Source: Candidatus Thorarchaeota archaeon (lineage in GTDB: Archaea > Asgardarchaeota > Thorarchaeia > Thorarchaeales > Thorarchaeaceae). From it: 33,061 nucleotides of DNA. The DNA lies in NCBI GenBank assembly GCA_048882325.1, contig JBHLRS010000032.1, forward strand, positions 1 through 33,061, in the 5' to 3' direction. This document shows, piece after piece, positions 8,104 through 16,930 of the stretch. The number at the start of each line of letters is the position of its first letter. The stretch's first letter is position 1. The position numbers and the translations under genes are program-made. The notes beneath the pieces were generated by a model. It searched no databases. It saw only the letters and a list, made by a program, of their open reading frames with translations, and had not been told where the DNA came from.

Positions 8104-8210
8104 GTTGTTACTAAATCCGAGCAATTCATATAGACCTTTAACCAGAAAGCCATTCCGGGTTTCAATACTTAATCATACGAATGTGGTAACTATAATGGAG
8201 TGAAACTAAT

Positions 8211-8825
8211 TTGGATGATGTTGATAAAAAACTGGTATCGCTTCTACAGAAGAACGGAAGAACAAGTCTTTCGGAGATTGGTAAGGAGTTGGGGATGTCC
8301 CACGTAGCAGTGAGCAAGAGACTTGACAAACTGGTTCAGTCTGACCTTGTAAAAGTCACTGCAGGGATTAATACAGAGTATCTCGATGCCAAGCTTCTCT
8401 TCATGGCACTTGAAACAGAGGACATGGATGTTGCAGAGAAGATTCAGCAGAAGTATATGGTCTGCCCGAGACTTGTAATGTTTGCTCCAGTAACAGGAAG
8501 ATACAATGTGTTTGCAGTCATGGTTGCAGAGGACACGTGGAGCCTGGAATCAATCATTGGAACCTGTAGCATGAGAACAGAGCCAGGTGTAAGGAGATCA
8601 GAGAGCTGGTTTGGTAATGCTCCAGTGGCACCAAAATATCTGCCTGTAGATTTAGCTCCTGGCACCTTAGGTGGCTCAGTATCACCATGCGGCAGAGACT
8701 GTGCTTTGTGCAAACGCTACAAGGCCGACAAGTGCGTGGGATGTCCTCCAACGCAAGTCTATCGCGGGAGTCTATGGGCCAGTCCAACCAGACCCAAGAA
8801 GAAAACTAGAAAGAGCAAAGGTTAA
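8211..8825 (+). CDS. Lrp/AsnC-family transcription regulator with C-terminal Cys-rich extension
   Basis: MDDVDKKLVSLLQKNGRTSLSEIGKELGMSHVAVSKRLDKL HTH; RAM-like VTGRYNVF; C-terminal CGRDCALC...CVGC. Confidence 0.9.
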   Translation: MDDVDKKLVSLLQKNGRTSLSEIGKELGMSHVAVSKRLDKLVQSDLVKVTAGINTEYLDAKLLFMALETEDMDVAEKIQQKYMVCPRLVMFAPVTGRYNVFAVMVAEDTWSLESIIGTCSMRTEPGVRRSESWFGNAPVAPKYLPVDLAPGTLGGSVSPCGRDCALCKRYKADKCVGCPPTQVYRGSLWASPTRPKKKTRKSKG

Positions 8826-8850
8826 CTCGTAGTAGACCCTCGATAATTCA

Positions 8851-9429
8851 GTGAACCAAATGAATGGTGTCTTCATTCACCCACTTGCGGTTGTCGATGA
8901 TGGAGCAAAGATTGGCGAAGGAACACGAATCTGGCACTTCGCACACGTCAGAGGAACTGCCACAATTGGCAAAGACTGTAACATCGGGAAGGATGTCTAC
9001 ATCGATGCAAATGTTGTGATAGGCAATAATGTGAAGATTCAGAACGGGGTTTCAGTATATAATGGAGTCACCATAGAGGATGATGTGTTCTGTGGACCAC
9101 ATATGACCTTCACAAATGATCTCTACCCCAGGGCGTTTGGAGAGTCCTGGGAGATTATCAAGACCCATGTCAAGAAGGGAGCCTCAATCGGAGCACACGC
9201 TACTATCGTTTGCAATACAACTCTAGGGGAGTATTGTATGATTGGTAGTGGAGCTGTTGTAACCAGAGATGTACCAGCCCATGGACTAGTTGTTGGCAAT
9301 CCAGCAAGACTTGTTGGATACGTTTGTGTGTGTGGAAAACCACTAACAGAGGTTATCGAGAGAAACGAAAAGTCCGTAACAATGCGATGTTCTAAATGCA
9401 ACTCAGAGATTGAAATACCTGAAGACTAA
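8851..9429 (+). CDS. Hexapeptide-repeat N-acetyltransferase (WbpD/WlbB-like) with C-terminal zinc ribbon
   Basis: [52 protein letters not shown]...CSKC. Start may be ATG 8860. Confidence 0.9.
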   Translation: MNQMNGVFIHPLAVVDDGAKIGEGTRIWHFAHVRGTATIGKDCNIGKDVYIDANVVIGNNVKIQNGVSVYNGVTIEDDVFCGPHMTFTNDLYPRAFGESWEIIKTHVKKGASIGAHATIVCNTTLGEYCMIGSGAVVTRDVPAHGLVVGNPARLVGYVCVCGKPLTEVIERNEKSVTMRCSKCNSEIEIPED

Positions 9430-9452
9430 GTGAAAGGAGTGACTCGCCTCCG

Positions 9453-11564
9453 TTGTCTCATCTATACAAGAAGTTCGTAAAGGAGAGTGTGACAGACCTA
9501 GTTAGTCAGCAAAAGAACATTCGTAACGTGACAATCATCGCTCACATTGATCACGGGAAAACAACGCTTAGTGATTCCTTGATTGCTGCTTCGGGTCTTC
9601 TCTCAAAAGAGGTGGCGGCATCAGCTAGACTTCTTGACTACGACCTAATTGAACAAGAGCGGGGTATCACCATCAAGGCCTCAGGGATTTCGTTAGTACA
9701 TACATTTAGTGAAGAAGACTACTTGATCAATCTTGTAGACACTCCTGGTCACATTGATTTCTCAAGTCATGTAACTCGAGGGCTTAGACTAACTGATGGT
9801 GCTGTGATTGTGGTAGATGCAATTGAAGGAATTATGGTCCAAACAGAAACAGTGACAAGACAAGCAATGCAGGAACTTGTTAGGCCGGTTCTATTTGTAA
9901 ACAAAGTTGACAGACTAATTCGAGAGCGAAGATTGAGTGGTCGAAAGACTGCAGAGGAGATCAACCGGGTAGTGCGAGAATTCAACGCCATGCTTGGAAA
10001 ATACCTAGACGATGAGAGGCTGGAGGATTGGGAGGTTTCACTTAGCAATGGATCTCTCAGTGTCGGTTCTGCGATTGACAAATGGGGAATTGACATAAAA
10101 ACTCTCAAAGAACGAACAAACGGAAAAACAGAACCAACAGACTTAGCGAATGCGTTTCTTGAAATCCTTGAGGAGATAGAACTAATCTATAAAGAAGAGA
10201 AACGAAAGGATTTGGCTTCAAAGTATCCTGTAGCTCGAGTTGTGTTGGATTCCATAGTAAGAATTGTTCCTAATCCAAAGGTGGCACAATCTTACAGAAT
10301 CCCTCTATTTTGGGAAGGCAATACTGAGTCAAAGATCGGAAAGAACCTGATAGAATGCAATGCAGATGGACCATGCATTTGTATGGTTGGCGAAGTTCAA
10401 CCAGACCGGCACGCGTCAACTGTCACTGCAGTTAGGATATTCTCAGGAACACTTGAACGAGCTAAACCTCTGATGAATCTACGTACAAGAGAACAGCGTA
10501 AATCACTGCAGATTGGTATGCAGATGTCAAAGACAAGGGTGGACCTACCTAAAGTTCCTGCTGGAAATTTAGCTTTCATAACAGGACTTAGAGATGTAGC
10601 AGTCGGAGATACTCTTGTCGATGTTGCAGCATTTAAGCGATCACAGGAACCAATCAATCCAATCAGTGCCCTCCAATATCCTACAGAACCTGTGGTGACT
10701 TACACAATAGAACCAAAGAGCCTAGCAAACTTGGGCACAATTCAAGAACCCATCGAAGCTTATGTTAGTACTGACCCAGCGCTCGAATTCGAAGTCAACT
10801 CTGAAACCGGTGAGATGTTAATCTCAGGCGCAGGAGAGTTACACATTGAGATTACCGTCGAGAAACTGACTCGTCTAGGAATTGATGTCACCCTAGGAAA
10901 GCCAATGGTACTGTTGAAAGAACAGCTCACCTCCGATGGAAACTCATGTTCAAGTGAAAGTGACAAAATAAGCTCATTCACCATTCGTGCAATAATTACA
11001 TCAGACGATAATCCGCCCGAGTCAATTGGAACAGTGATTGACCAAGATCATGGATCAGCTAGTTGGATTGTGGATACTTCAAACAAAGTCAACCCATATG
11101 GCGATGAAGCAGAGTGGATTAAAGAAGCATTTCAGATAATCATTCATAATGGACCATCAAGTGGAGAGAGGATGCGAAGAGTTGGTCTAGTGATTGAGGG
11201 AGCGACTCTGAGGTCAGAAACGCCTGAAACGTCATGGAGAGATATCACTCAACCTCTTGTAGAAGCAGCAAGAGAGAGCGTAAAGTCAGGGAAGCCAGTC
11301 GTTCTTGAGCCTTGGATTCATCTCGAAATTAGTACTCCAGAGGAATACGTAGGGACTTTGAGTGCAATTTTATCTAAGCGAAAGGGACAGGTGTTTGAGA
11401 TCAACTCAGATCGAACACTCTACAGAATAGATGCTGAGATACCTGTGAGAGAGTCATTCGGACTTGCCAATGAAATAAGAACCTCTACATCAGGCTGGGC
11501 AACCTGGGGAGCTCGAGCAGGAGGTTATCGGGACGTGAAGAATTCCGAAGTTCGCTATGACTGA
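9453..11564 (+). CDS. Translation elongation factor 2 paralogue (aEF-2p-like GTPase)
   Basis: AHIDHGKTT, ERGITI, DTPGH, NKVD, GAGELH, PVVLEP, ESFG; domain IV is shortened and the diphthamide-loop HRG is absent (LRSETPETSWRD at that position). Confidence 0.9.
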   Translation: MSHLYKKFVKESVTDLVSQQKNIRNVTIIAHIDHGKTTLSDSLIAASGLLSKEVAASARLLDYDLIEQERGITIKASGISLVHTFSEEDYLINLVDTPGHIDFSSHVTRGLRLTDGAVIVVDAIEGIMVQTETVTRQAMQELVRPVLFVNKVDRLIRERRLSGRKTAEEINRVVREFNAMLGKYLDDERLEDWEVSLSNGSLSVGSAIDKWGIDIKTLKERTNGKTEPTDLANAFLEILEEIELIYKEEKRKDLASKYPVARVVLDSIVRIVPNPKVAQSYRIPLFWEGNTESKIGKNLIECNADGPCICMVGEVQPDRHASTVTAVRIFSGTLERAKPLMNLRTREQRKSLQIGMQMSKTRVDLPKVPAGNLAFITGLRDVAVGDTLVDVAAFKRSQEPINPISALQYPTEPVVTYTIEPKSLANLGTIQEPIEAYVSTDPALEFEVNSETGEMLISGAGELHIEITVEKLTRLGIDVTLGKPMVLLKEQLTSDGNSCSSESDKISSFTIRAIITSDDNPPESIGTVIDQDHGSASWIVDTSNKVNPYGDEAEWIKEAFQIIIHNGPSSGERMRRVGLVIEGATLRSETPETSWRDITQPLVEAARESVKSGKPVVLEPWIHLEISTPEEYVGTLSAILSKRKGQVFEINSDRTLYRIDAEIPVRESFGLANEIRTSTSGWATWGARAGGYRDVKNSEVRYD

Positions 11565-11569
11565 GAGAG

Positions 11570-13888
11570 CTAGCGGCGAAGATAGAAACGTCTATTCATC
11601 AAATTTCCTAACAGTGAGAGGACCCGTCGATCCACAAGAGAGATACCATCGATCATTCTCAAGGCACGGGTTAGGTTTGAAAAGACTGCATTCAGGTATG
11701 GTTGTGCCTCCACAATCTCGGATTGCTCAACCATCTGAAGATATGCATTAGCTATCTTAATCAGTCCAAGCCAATCCTCAGCTAGAAGATAGTTATACTG
11801 TGATCCATCTATGGATACAGGACTGCCCTCGAATCTTCCTCTGTCAATGTATGCGGCATACTGATTCTCCAAAGCAAATGCAAAGCGCCGGAGAACTTGT
11901 GACAATGAAGAGGAGGTTGCTTTAATGAACTCTGCAGACTCTTGAAATGCTGGTTCAATTGAGGTGACTTCTCCGAATGCGATAGCGGCCCCATAAAAAC
12001 CAGTGGCTAACTCGGAGTAGTCCTTGTTGTCATAGAATGCTTTGATTGTCTGGACGAGGTAAGTCTGACCCAGCCAATATTGTGCAAGTAATGGATCGTT
12101 CTCTTGAACCGCATCATCAACTGGTGGCTGAATTCGCACGCCAAACTCCTGATTCAATGCATTCAGGTTTATTTTGGCTGTTGAAAGTGCTGCAATAAGA
12201 CCAGCGACTCCAGCAAGAGGAGAAGTACTTTGACTCATTGCCTTTGATCGTTCAAGAAGTGAGTTCCATGAACATTCGAGGAATGGGACTACCAGACCCA
12301 CACCGTGAATGAACATAGACTCTGCGTCTACCCTAACATCACTAAGCATTCTATCAATGTCATCAAGAAGCCTCCTGAGTCTGGGAGGAATATCTCCACT
12401 GTGACGAGTTAGTAACCAGACTACATTGTATGTTGCAATAGCAACCTCCACGAAGGCACGTTTATCTGTGGGAAACAAAGGCACATACTGCACGAGTATC
12501 TCCCGGAGCGGATCTTGGATATCTACATTGGTTCTCTCAGTGGTTCGTAAATCTGACAGCGCAAGTCCCATTCGACTGCCTATTAGATCCAGCTCAGCAA
12601 TACGACCTGCTGCAAATTGCTCCTCTCGCAAGGAAACTGCTCTCTCAAAGGACGCCTGTCCGATAGGCCAAAATTCGTCACATTCTGTGCTTAGACAAAG
12701 CCAACCAATTGCATTCTCAGTTCTGGTGAGTTCAAGGTCTATATCCGGATAGAGATTTTCTAACTCGTGAAGGATTTCCTTTGCACCATTGAAATAGTCT
12801 ATTGCCTTTGTCATGTTTTCATGGTCGCCAAGGAGACCATGAGCGAATCCAAGACATGCTAATGTTTTGAACACATGTACATTCTGTTCGGGTGTCTTGT
12901 CATTGATGTTGTCGAATATCCGGAGTCCAACTTCAAGTCTATCAATAGCTTGTGGAACACCTTCTCGCCACCCATTCGCCAAGATACTCGAACCAATCAC
13001 AACATGAGCCAATCCAACTTCTTCTACACTAACCTCGCCAGCTTTCAAGGCGATGTCATAGAGTTCTGCCGCTTTATCAGAAATACTACGGGCTACTGTG
13101 TGTGGTACAGAGTCATCCCGTGTTTCATTCACTCCAAGTTGAAGATTTACTGCAGCAAGCCCCGCGCTATCATTATTAGCTCGTGCAACCTTTTCAAGAT
13201 CATTCAGATACTCTCGGGCATCACTGAAAAGATAAAGTTCGGTCAAGACACAAGCATAATCATATGTTACTTCAAATTCGAAGTCCTGCATTCCAACTTC
13301 CTTGCTTATCTCGATCAGTCTGTTGAGAAGGAGTTCTGCGCCTTCAAAGAATCCTTCCTCTATGAGAATCCAAGCGAGGCTATGAACCTCAAACAGTGCA
13401 AGATGTGTTGTTCCATCATGCCGCCTGTCATATATTGCGTTCAATGTCATTAGGACCTCGTCGGCCAAGAAGGGGAGAAGGGGTCTAAGGTTAAGACGAA
13501 TGGAGGAGTTTAGAGCTTGAGACAGTTCACCCAATATATCAAGTAATTTAGGAATGGCTTCAATATCCGGATCTATCTCACATTCAGATCGTCGATGACT
13601 ATTCGTGTACCTTGTATCCAGAAGCATGAGCAGCTCAGGGATAGATTGATTCTTGTGGAAGGACAGCCGAATTGACAGTTCAGTAAGTTTAGCACTAGCA
13701 AGTCCAGGTCGTCTTAGAATTATCTCCTCAATCGCACGAGCAATATCGAACAAGGTATTGGATTCATCAGAATTATTGAATGGGATATTTTGGACAGCGG
13801 ATAAGCCATCATCTAGAGACATGTTTGCACAAAGTATGTCTCTCAATGTTGCTATCAACTGTGCCTGCAATGGAGCCTCTCCTATCAA
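11570..13888 (-). CDS. Large alpha-helical (TPR-like) hypothetical protein
   Basis: 772-aa Leu/Ala/Glu-rich ORF with TPR-like segments (LACLGFAHGLLGDHENMTKAIDYFNGA; NAIGWL...FERAVSL). Last gene of the minus-strand kaiC-like run. Start approximate. Confidence 0.75.
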   Translation of the reverse strand: MIGEAPLQAQLIATLRDILCANMSLDDGLSAVQNIPFNNSDESNTLFDIARAIEEIILRRPGLASAKLTELSIRLSFHKNQSIPELLMLLDTRYTNSHRRSECEIDPDIEAIPKLLDILGELSQALNSSIRLNLRPLLPFLADEVLMTLNAIYDRRHDGTTHLALFEVHSLAWILIEEGFFEGAELLLNRLIEISKEVGMQDFEFEVTYDYACVLTELYLFSDAREYLNDLEKVARANNDSAGLAAVNLQLGVNETRDDSVPHTVARSISDKAAELYDIALKAGEVSVEEVGLAHVVIGSSILANGWREGVPQAIDRLEVGLRIFDNINDKTPEQNVHVFKTLACLGFAHGLLGDHENMTKAIDYFNGAKEILHELENLYPDIDLELTRTENAIGWLCLSTECDEFWPIGQASFERAVSLREEQFAAGRIAELDLIGSRMGLALSDLRTTERTNVDIQDPLREILVQYVPLFPTDKRAFVEVAIATYNVVWLLTRHSGDIPPRLRRLLDDIDRMLSDVRVDAESMFIHGVGLVVPFLECSWNSLLERSKAMSQSTSPLAGVAGLIAALSTAKINLNALNQEFGVRIQPPVDDAVQENDPLLAQYWLGQTYLVQTIKAFYDNKDYSELATGFYGAAIAFGEVTSIEPAFQESAEFIKATSSSLSQVLRRFAFALENQYAAYIDRGRFEGSPVSIDGSQYNYLLAEDWLGLIKIANAYLQMVEQSEIVEAQPYLNAVFSNLTRALRMIDGISLVDRRVLSLLGNLMNRRFYLRR

Positions 13889-13932
13889 AGGATGGCCCTG
13901 AATCCGGCTTTAAAGGTTTCACAGTAAAACAA

Positions 13933-14646
13933 TCATCTTTCAATTACGAATTCATGCCACTCACGAGAGGTGTCTGTGCCCCTCATACGTTCCATCCGAA
14001 GCTGATGAGTTGGTATGGGACCACTATCATCGATCCTGAAACGAAGAACTGCATCAGCCAGGTATGAAAATGTAGCATAGGTCTTTTCCTCATGAACACC
14101 TTCTTCAAGAATGTACATGATGCTATGTGAGCCCTGCTTTATTCGACCACTCAGCCGCTGAACTGCTCTGGGCATCGTAGTAGGGCTCGAGTGTAAAATC
14201 AAAGTGGAGAGACTGTCTATTACAACCCTAGCTACAACAAGCTCCTCTAAAACCTCCGATAGGACTATCCCAAGTTCACTGATGTCATCTACTTTTGCCA
14301 GAGACCTCGCACCCCCGGAACTTGGAGCTCCCATCCGTTCGGAATAGCCATCAATGAAGACAAACTGACCGGATGCCTCCTGCTCTTCGATGGTCCATCC
14401 GTACCGACTCATATCATTACGAATGACCCTCGGAGAAACATCAGTAGTTACAAAGACTGCGGGGAATCCTAAGGCGACTCCTTCAGCAAGAAACGCTTCA
14501 GCATAAGTTGTCTTTCCAGATCCAAGTGGACCGACCAGCATATACGATACTTGAGTAAGCTGACCAAACTTCACAAGATCGCTGATCATTGGAGATGCTT
14601 TTGCTGCGGGCGGTACCACCCTTTGCGCGTCCTGATTCTCGACCAC
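13933..14646 (-). CDS. Single-domain KaiC/RAD55-family ATPase (divergent)
   Basis: Walker A GPLGSGKTT, Walker B RVVIDSLS, FSYLADAV, RMRGT; catalytic EE replaced by TDV. Confidence 0.88.
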   Translation of the reverse strand: MVENQDAQRVVPPAAKASPMISDLVKFGQLTQVSYMLVGPLGSGKTTYAEAFLAEGVALGFPAVFVTTDVSPRVIRNDMSRYGWTIEEQEASGQFVFIDGYSERMGAPSSGGARSLAKVDDISELGIVLSEVLEELVVARVVIDSLSTLILHSSPTTMPRAVQRLSGRIKQGSHSIMYILEEGVHEEKTYATFSYLADAVLRFRIDDSGPIPTHQLRMERMRGTDTSREWHEFVIER

Positions 14647-14670
14647 TTTATGGGCCCCACAATTTTCTGA

Positions 14671-15417
14671 TTAAACGCCGGGACTTATCTCTCCGGGCCA
14701 GACTCGGATTCCTTCTTCTGTGATTCTCATTGAGTGAATTCTTGAACTATGTTTTGAGCCTCTCAGTTTGAGAACCTCAATTGAACGAGACCGTGAAGTG
14801 TCACTAATTTTCTCGTTATAGAGTACAATTACACCCGACGCTAAGAAGGCTTCGATATCAAAAACGCCCAATCCCTGATCTTGAGCGGGTATCTCGCTTG
14901 TCAAGAGAAGTGTGCATCCAGTTCTTGTGATATTTGCAGTGAGCTTGAAGAACTCCTCTCGAAGAATGTCTCTACTCCTAAACTTGTATGCCATAATCGA
15001 GAGTGTGTCAAGAACGACTCGTTTCGCCTTCAGTTTCTTCACGTGATTTAGAATAATTGCTTCAAGTCCTGAGAGGTCAAAACTGGGATATTCTCCAATT
15101 GTTACAGGAGTGACTTCTTTTGAAGGCGAAAGATCTACTATCGTGATCTTCTTCTCCTTCTCCAACTTCTCTAGGTCCATACCAAACCGGAGCATGTTTC
15201 TCTTAATCAAATGTGGTGGTTCTTCAAGAGTAACAAACACTCCAGGTTCATTATATTCAGTGGCACCCTTGTAGATGAACTGGGTAGCAAGTATGCTTTT
15301 TCCCGTTCCAGCCTTTCCAGCAATGAGAATAGTATCACCTCTAGGAAAGCCGCCCTCGATGAGTTCATCGAGACCAGGAATACCAGTCTTTACTCGGTCT
15401 ATTATAAGGTCGCTCAT
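14671..15417 (-). CDS. Single-domain KaiC-family ATPase (KaiC CI-like)
   Basis: TGIPGLDELIEGG, Walker A GKAGTGKS, EPGVFVTLEE, FDLSGL, RVVLDT, EVLKLRGSKH. Confidence 0.93.
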   Translation of the reverse strand: MSDLIIDRVKTGIPGLDELIEGGFPRGDTILIAGKAGTGKSILATQFIYKGATEYNEPGVFVTLEEPPHLIKRNMLRFGMDLEKLEKEKKITIVDLSPSKEVTPVTIGEYPSFDLSGLEAIILNHVKKLKAKRVVLDTLSIMAYKFRSRDILREEFFKLTANITRTGCTLLLTSEIPAQDQGLGVFDIEAFLASGVIVLYNEKISDTSRSRSIEVLKLRGSKHSSRIHSMRITEEGIRVWPGEISPGV

Positions 15418-15746
15418 TTTGACCCATCCTTCTTTTTCGTCATCACTTTGGCACCGAGAACCATTTTCATCAGCATGTCTGGTTCAGGGATACCAGTCAC
15501 TGATACACCTCCGATCATCACAGTTGGCAGCGCAAAGATACCAAATTGTTCAGCAGCCTCGGGGTTCTCACTGACATTGATCACTTTGAGAGTGAACACT
15601 TCAGAGCCAAAGTCTTCAATCGTTTCTCGAATAACCTCTTCCGCACGTGGACAGAACGCACAAGTGTCAGACTTGAAGAAGACAACCTCTATCTTCTCTG
15701 CATCGCTCTTCTTTGTCGATGCTTTGCGTTTTTTCTTGTCCGCCAA
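15414..15746 (-). CDS. Thioredoxin-fold protein (CAFC), overlapping the KaiC-like gene
   Basis: FFKSDTCAFCPRA CxxC, INVSENPEAAEQFGIFALPT; Lys-rich termini; 4-bp overlap with the downstream ATPase. Confidence 0.9.
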   Translation of the reverse strand: MADKKKRKASTKKSDAEKIEVVFFKSDTCAFCPRAEEVIRETIEDFGSEVFTLKVINVSENPEAAEQFGIFALPTVMIGGVSVTGIPEPDMLMKMVLGAKVMTKKKDGSK

Positions 15747-15852
15747 ATGGTAGCACTCCTAGGTTTGAGAAACGGCAAGGTTTCAATCCATGTTTGTCAC
15801 TTGAATGTTTTGAGGGTGTCAGCTGAGGTCATTGGCTATTACAGGGATAATA

Positions 15853-16236
15853 TCAATACTTCAACAGACGCTTAATCTTTGTCGCGGCCTTGCCCACGGG
15901 TCGTGAGTGATACCGGACATTACGGGGCATCACAGCTGCTAAAATGAGTGATTGCTTTCCACTTGTTCCAATCTTTTTGAAGACTGCCTTACCCTGAGTG
16001 CATCGGATACTGATATCACGAATGTCACCGAGCTTCAATTCCTTCCGAACTCGTTCTGCGGAGTCCGAGATAAAACCAGAAACTGCAGCTACAACATCTC
16101 TGTCTGTCCCAGGGGCAATTGCAGAGGCAATAGAGAATCCGTCATCTCTGACCAGTGAGGAGATTGTGAATCCACCCTCCTTGTTCATTTGCTCTAGGAT
16201 CTTCGGAAGTACTCCATAGTCAGGACGACTCATCAT
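15853..16236 (-). CDS. Roadblock/LC7 (MglB-like) domain protein
   Basis: SSLVRDDGFSIAS, DVVAAVSG, ELKLGDIRDISIRCTQGK pattern. Start moved to ATG 16236 (or 16233) behind GGAGAG; the longer ORF overlaps the divergent Rab gene. Confidence 0.88.
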   Translation of the reverse strand: MMSRPDYGVLPKILEQMNKEGGFTISSLVRDDGFSIASAIAPGTDRDVVAAVSGFISDSAERVRKELKLGDIRDISIRCTQGKAVFKKIGTSGKQSLILAAVMPRNVRYHSRPVGKAATKIKRLLKY

Positions 16237-16357
16237 TACTCTCTCCATTTTCCAAGGGTCTACACTCGAGTTGGTCGTTTCCCTAATAAACAATGTGAGA
16301 TTGAAGTGGCTACAGTAGAGATTTAAATGGCCTAACACTTTGTTGAGGAGTACGAGT

Positions 16358-16924
16358 ATGAGCGACATGTCAGCTGAATATCGGTACAAGATCGTCATGT
16401 TAGGGGACGGTGCCGTAGGAAAGACTGCCATGACTACTCGTTTCACTCAGAATTTCTTTGATTCAGATTATAAGCGAACAATCGGGTCAGATTTCGCCAT
16501 CAAGAGACTCAAACTCAAAGATGAGGACACAGAAGTCCAAGTGACGCTCCAAGTATGGGATCTCGCCGGGCAACCAAGGTTTGAGTCTGTCCGTCAGGGT
16601 TTCTATAGGGGAGCCAGAGGAGGACTACTTCTGTATGATGTGACTCGTCGAAGAACTTTCATAAATGTTGAGAACTGGAAGAATGAGGCCTTCAAGAACC
16701 TACAGAATGAGATTCCGCTAGTCCTTGTCGCGAACAAGGTTGACCTCAAAGAAAGCCGTGTTGTTACAACAGAAGAGGGTGAGGATTTCGCGAAGAAAAA
16801 TCAGTTCTTCTATGTCGAGTCTAGTGCTTTGACAGGGGAGAATGTCGAGGAAGCATATGCTAATCTATGCAAGAAGATGATTAAGGATTCCAAAAATTCC
16901 ACTCAGACAAGAGTCATGGGATAA
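16358..16924 (+). CDS. Rab-like small GTPase
   Basis: GDGAVGKT, TIGSDF, WDLAGQ, FYRGARG, NKVD, ESSA; no C-terminal prenylation Cys. ATG 16358 follows GAGGAG. Confidence 0.95.
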   Translation: MSDMSAEYRYKIVMLGDGAVGKTAMTTRFTQNFFDSDYKRTIGSDFAIKRLKLKDEDTEVQVTLQVWDLAGQPRFESVRQGFYRGARGGLLLYDVTRRRTFINVENWKNEAFKNLQNEIPLVLVANKVDLKESRVVTTEEGEDFAKKNQFFYVESSALTGENVEEAYANLCKKMIKDSKNSTQTRVMG

Positions 16925-16930
16925 TGTCTC

